Origin: Methanothrix sp.
GTDB lineage: Archaea > Halobacteriota > Methanosarcinia > Methanotrichales > Methanotrichaceae
NCBI GenBank assembly: GCA_963682135.1
Contig: OY821645.1
Location: 1,984,001 to 2,048,000 of the forward strand
Direction: 5' to 3'
Length of the DNA: 64,000 nt
The notes beneath the pieces were generated by a model. The model was not told the DNA's origin. It ran no database searches and worked only from the letters and a program-made list of their open reading frames with translations. The position numbers and the translations under genes were made by a program. The first letter of the stretch is position 1. Each line of letters opens with the position of its first letter. Of the stretch, positions 21,601 through 25,844 are shown in pieces.

Positions 21601-22089
21601 AGTGACGCCAAAGGTGATTGCAACAGATGAACCAGGGACCAGGTTTCCTGGAGTTGTGCCAAGATCCCAGGTAAGGGTCTGACCATTGATGGTGGGATCC
21701 ACAGTAGAAACAGTTGAACCGCCGCTTGGAGATTGAATTGTTGTTGATCCGGTGCTATATTTGAAACCCGCAGGGAGGGTAACCGTGGCCTTTAGGCTGG
21801 AAGCTGCGCAGTCGCTGCCTGCAGAATTGGTATTGGATATAGTGGCTTTAAAATATGAGGGATTTGGACTGCAGACTGTTATTGAGTAATCGCTTGTTGG
21901 ACTCGCAATGGAATATGTCAGATCCGAGCAGTCTCCATGAGCTGACACTGTCAAGACTATGAGCAGAAAGAGCGCAAGACATATTCGCTTTACTAGGAAA
22001 TTTCTCAAGCATTCGGATTCGTTATACTTACTTAAGATATGTTCTATCATTTTTTTATGTATAAATAGCAAACTAATTGCATAATTCAT
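3610..22089 (-). CDS. Giant secreted adhesin-like surface protein (6159 aa): signal peptide, about 14 DUF11/Ig-like domains, 29 SdrD-B/CnaB-like domains, C-terminal DUF11 domains plus two lineage-specific beta domains
   Basis: Uninterrupted 18.5 kb ORF. Signal-like [19 protein letters not shown] (true start probably somewhat downstream of 22089); DUF11-type motifs (LxxxK..N.G..V.DTLP.G..Y..W); repeated SLGDFVWxDxNANGIQDxGEEG...DAG units with EF-hand-like Ca2+ loops; no C-terminal TM segment. Confidence 0.9.
   Translation of the reverse strand: [6159 protein letters not shown]
5941..6650 (-). repeat. Near-identical tandem duplication of the last two SdrD-B domains (357-bp period)
   Basis: tattgggtcttgcttgg occurs at 5941 and 6298; the protein repeats [40 protein letters not shown] twice. 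Confidence 0.9.
5960..16035 (-). repeat. Array of 29 SdrD-B-like domain repeats (about 340-360 bp each) with a roughly 1390-bp four-domain super-repeat
   Basis: Counted from the translation. 11619-12534 is nearly identical to 13011-13926 (offset 1392), and about 13490-13710 recurs at about 14880-15100 (offset 1389). Confidence 0.9.
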
Positions 22090-22512
22090 TGTGCATCCTC
22101 CCCGAATATGATGTCATTACAATGGATCAGATTATGATTATTTGAAATGATAATCTCCTCACTTGGATGATTTTTCAAAGCCGATCCGACTGGAATTGTA
22201 ATGTTTAAGGCGGAAAAATGGTGTTCGGACAATTAGATAAATATGTCGGTACAATCATACTGATGTGTCGTACTGTCGTCCTGAACGTCCCCCTTCCCAG
22301 AGGCTAGAAGGGGCCATTTCAGTCAGGTATAGGTCTTGGAACCTTCTTTGTGTGTCTGTTTGGCTTTTTCCATTCGCCAAAGGGTCGGGTCTTCCTGATT
22401 GGTCTACGTCACTTTGTGCTGGCTGATCTATAACCAAACACTAGCATACCGAAAAAATGCCTGGGAAAAACACTTGTCAAGATGTAATTAAATATATTTG
22501 GTCCTAAGACAA

Positions 22513-22525
22513 GAAAACTTTATAT
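22513..22525 (+). promoter_or_regulatory. BRE/TATA promoter of cbiMNQO
   Basis: gaaaac-tttatat about 35 nt upstream of the ATG at 22559. Confidence 0.6.
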
Positions 22526-22558
22526 GGCAGAATGTCGTTGCCCTCAATCGGTGAAGCA

Positions 22559-23263
22559 ATGCACATAATGGAGGGTTTTCTTCCTCATCCCTGGTGGGAG
22601 ATCTGGTTTGCACTCTCACTTCCAGTTGTGGCGTATGGTGTCTACAAGATGAACAAGATGATCAAGGAGAGCCGTGAGACTCTGCCTCTTCTGGCTGTGG
22701 CCGGTGCTTTCGTATTTGTTCTCTCCTCCCTGAAGCTGCCCTCCGTCACAGGGAGCTGCTCACATCCCACTGGAACGGGAATGGGCTCGATTATCTTCGG
22801 CCCCTGGATAACTTCGGTCCTGGCCATGATCGTCCTGGTCTACCAGGCCGTATTTTTGGCGCACGGCGGCCTGACCACCCTGGGGGCAAACACCTTTTCC
22901 ATGGGCATTGCAGGGCCCGTCGTCGGATACCTGGTCTACAAAGCGGCCAGCAGATCCGGGCTGCATCTTTACCTGGCCGTCTTCCTGGCTGCGACTCTGG
23001 CAGACTGGGCGACTTATCTCGTCACATCCTTGCAGCTGGCTCTGGCCTTTCCGGGGGCAATTGGCGGCGTCTTATCTTCCTTTGAGGCTTTTGCCGCCGT
23101 CTTTGCAATAACCCAGATTCCCCTGGCCATAGTGGAAGGAATGGTGACCGCATTGATGTTCAAATATATAGTGCAGCTTAGAAGCGACGTGCTGGTGAGA
23201 ATGAATGTGGTCTCCCAAAGCACGATAATGAAGCTGAAGGATCTGAAGGAGGCCGTGGCATGA
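22559..23263 (+). CDS. cbiM: Cobalt ECF transporter S component CbiM
   Basis: Metal-binding N-terminus MHIMEGFLP (so the start is 22559); LKLPSVTGSCSHPTG and AHGGLTTLGAN motifs. Confidence 0.95.
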   Translation: MHIMEGFLPHPWWEIWFALSLPVVAYGVYKMNKMIKESRETLPLLAVAGAFVFVLSSLKLPSVTGSCSHPTGTGMGSIIFGPWITSVLAMIVLVYQAVFLAHGGLTTLGANTFSMGIAGPVVGYLVYKAASRSGLHLYLAVFLAATLADWATYLVTSLQLALAFPGAIGGVLSSFEAFAAVFAITQIPLAIVEGMVTALMFKYIVQLRSDVLVRMNVVSQSTIMKLKDLKEAVA

Positions 23264-23589
23264 AAATGAAGCTGGAACTCTTGACTTTAGGCGTCATCGT
23301 GCTCTTCATCGCTGCCTTTGCTATCGTCAGTTCTACCCAAAACCACGAGTGGGGGGGAGCAGACGGCCAGGCTGAAGATGTGATCTCCGACCTTACCGGC
23401 GGCACCTATGTTCCATGGTTTCAGTCCATTTACCAGCCTCCCAGCGGCGAGATCGAGAGCCTTCTCTTTGCCCTGCAGGCGGCCATCGGCAGCCTCATCA
23501 TCGGTTATTTTCTAGGCTACTATCGTGCTCTGGCCAAGGCAAAAGCAGATAAATCCGTCCCGGTGCATGAAGGAAAGTCGGATGCATAA
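23260..23589 (+). CDS. cbiN: Cobalt transport protein CbiN
   Basis: WGGADGQA..PWF...PPSGEIESLLFALQAAIG; overlaps the cbiM stop (ATGA). Confidence 0.95.
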   Translation: MKMKLELLTLGVIVLFIAAFAIVSSTQNHEWGGADGQAEDVISDLTGGTYVPWFQSIYQPPSGEIESLLFALQAAIGSLIIGYFLGYYRALAKAKADKSVPVHEGKSDA

Positions 23590-24364
23590 CCTTCTTGACG
23601 ACTACGCACATGTTAATGCCCTGCGGGAGACCAGTTCCCGTCTCAAACTGTTCCTGGGCCTCTGGGCCATCCTCCTTTGCGTATCATCCACCACGCCCGT
23701 CGCGCCCTTATTCGTGGCCATAACCATGAGCCTGATAACTGTGATTCTGGCCAAAATCCCCGCGCGCATCTATTCTCGGCTGCTGCTGGTGCCCCTCTCC
23801 TTCGCCATGCTCAGCGCAGGAGTGGTAGCCTTCATGCATGGTAATGGACAGCTGCTATTTTCCGTGCAGCTCTTTGGAATCGATCTGGCCGTCAGAGAAG
23901 AAGGTGCAAACCTGGCCGCCCTTCTTATCGCCCGGACCTTTGGCGGCATGTGCTCTTTGTATTTCATTGCTTTAACCACGCCCATGATTGAGATATTCGC
24001 CGTGCTCAAGACTCTGCACGTACCGCAGTCGGTCATCGAGCTGTCCATGATGATCTACCGATACATCTTCGTCTTTCTGGATCAGGCGGCCATGATCCAC
24101 AGCGCTCAGGTAATGCGCCTGGGTGACGCCGGCACAAAAAACTCCCTGAACTCATTTGTTATGCTTTGCAGCGTTCTATTCCTTCGCTCCTGGGAGCAGG
24201 GGGAAAGGCTCATCGTGGCCATGGATTCTCGCTGTTACGACGGCAAGCTCGATCTCATCGATCAGGCAGAGGGGGCAAAGCCCAGGGCGATTCTTGCAGT
24301 AGCTGTCTATTTGGCTGCAGCTACTGCCATAGCTGTTTTAACCAGGGACGTTCTGCTCTTGTGA
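23582..24364 (+). CDS. cbiQ: Cobalt ECF transporter T component CbiQ
   Basis: Multi-TM protein with LTTPM, IYRYIFV, AQVMRLG and AMDSRCYDG motifs; ATG at 23582 overlaps the cbiN end. Confidence 0.92.
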   Translation: MHNLLDDYAHVNALRETSSRLKLFLGLWAILLCVSSTTPVAPLFVAITMSLITVILAKIPARIYSRLLLVPLSFAMLSAGVVAFMHGNGQLLFSVQLFGIDLAVREEGANLAALLIARTFGGMCSLYFIALTTPMIEIFAVLKTLHVPQSVIELSMMIYRYIFVFLDQAAMIHSAQVMRLGDAGTKNSLNSFVMLCSVLFLRSWEQGERLIVAMDSRCYDGKLDLIDQAEGAKPRAILAVAVYLAAATAIAVLTRDVLLL

Positions 24365-24371
24365 GGCTACT

Positions 24372-25514
24372 ATGACGACTATCCTTGAAACCAGAAGTCT
24401 CTGCTATTCCTATGGAGATGGAACGCAGGCTCTGAAAGATGTCTGCATCTCCTTGCAGGAGGGAAAAAAGGTTGCTCTGGTGGGGCCCAACGGAGCCGGC
24501 AAATCCACACTCATGCTCATGTTCAATGGCATCTTGCGGCCTTCGCAGGGCGCGGTCCTCTTCCGGGGCCGGCCCATGAGTTACGATGCCGCAAGCTTGC
24601 GGTCCATCCGGCGAGCTGTGGGCATGGTCTTTCAAAATTCCGACGACCAGCTCTTTGCGCCTACTGTTTTCCAGGACGTGGCCTTCGGCCCCACAAATCT
24701 GGGCTATGCTGCAGAGAAGGTGAAGAGGTATGTGGGCTTTGCCCTGCAGTACGTGGGTTTATTTGGATATGAACGCCGTCCACCGCATCACCTCAGTGGC
24801 GGCGAGAAGAAGAGAGTGGCCATCGCCGGCATTCTGGCCATGGAGCCGGAGGTGATAATTCTCGATGAGCCTACCTCCAACCTTGATCCAGCCAGCTCAG
24901 AAGAGATCATGGAGATGCTCGATGAGCTGAACTACGGCGGAAAGACATTGATCATCTCCACTCATGACGTGGACCTGGCCTATCGCTGGGCGGATGAGGT
25001 CATCCTCATGAAGGACGGCGGGGTAGTCCGCCGGGGTACAGGGCAGGAGGTATTCGGAGATGCAAAGCTGATAAAGGGCGCTCGTCTCAAGCTTCCCCTC
25101 GTGGTGGATCTCTACCAGGAGCTGGCTGGCCGGGGCATTGCCCGGGGATCAGCGCCACCCAAGAACATCCTTGAGCTTTGCGATCTCCTGCAGCCAAAGG
25201 CAGAGGCCGGGACATGGGGCAGGATCTACATCTGCAACGTGGATGAGGCGGATGGAAAACAGATCCTGGCAATGCTCGAAAAAGTTCCCGCCTGCTTTAA
25301 GGGTGCGATGGGCACCACTGCCAAGGCCCTGGCGGAAAAATGCGGCATATCCATAGATTTTACCTACGGCGTCATCGACAAATGCATACTAAAAGCGCTC
25401 CTGGGAAAGAACTCTATCATCATGACCTCGGGAGGGATGGTGGATCACGCTATGCAGAGAATCAGGGACTACTGCCGGGAGTCCGAGACGAAGATCGAGA
25501 CAATCCGGCTTTAG
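24372..25514 (+). CDS. cbiO: Cobalt ECF transporter ATPase CbiO with a roughly 100-aa C-terminal extension
   Basis: Walker A GPNGAGKST, Q-loop VFQNSDDQLFAPTV, LSGGEKKR, Walker B ILDEPT and H-loop STHD. Confidence 0.93.
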   Translation: MTTILETRSLCYSYGDGTQALKDVCISLQEGKKVALVGPNGAGKSTLMLMFNGILRPSQGAVLFRGRPMSYDAASLRSIRRAVGMVFQNSDDQLFAPTVFQDVAFGPTNLGYAAEKVKRYVGFALQYVGLFGYERRPPHHLSGGEKKRVAIAGILAMEPEVIILDEPTSNLDPASSEEIMEMLDELNYGGKTLIISTHDVDLAYRWADEVILMKDGGVVRRGTGQEVFGDAKLIKGARLKLPLVVDLYQELAGRGIARGSAPPKNILELCDLLQPKAEAGTWGRIYICNVDEADGKQILAMLEKVPACFKGAMGTTAKALAEKCGISIDFTYGVIDKCILKALLGKNSIIMTSGGMVDHAMQRIRDYCRESETKIETIRL

Positions 25515-25844
25515 CAGTGATTTTTTCTGATCCATCTCGAAACCATTCGCCCATGCTCCTGCTTACGGATCTTCGGCCTTTCCAGCGTAGTCCCGAAACA
25601 TTTAAGTAAAAGCAAATTGATTAAAGAAAAGTATATTGGAATAAGTGATTATTCCATGCGTCCATTCAGAACCTGGGGTGAGGGCCAACTGGCTGGCAGT
25701 CCGGCCCTCGCTCTGGATCTCCCTCGATATAGTCTTCTATTCAGATGTAAAATGTGGTATCTTACTATCAGTTTTTTCTTTTATTGTTTTTATCCGACCG
25801 AAAAAATCATATGGTCGATTAATTATGATCCCAATCAAGATTAT

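Noticed and set aside
22255-22437. 60-aa minus-strand ORF
   Set aside because: TTG start, no motif and no supporting signals.
22255-22558. Cobalamin riboswitch upstream of cbiM
   Set aside because: No B12-box or GGGAA/GCCACTG core is visible, and the TATA box lies only about 35 nt from the start codon.
25617-25844. N-terminal extensions in the ORF track (25617, also 851, 2083, 23525, 39129, 40981 and 41525)
   Set aside because: Signal peptides, family N-termini or gene overlaps indicate later starts.
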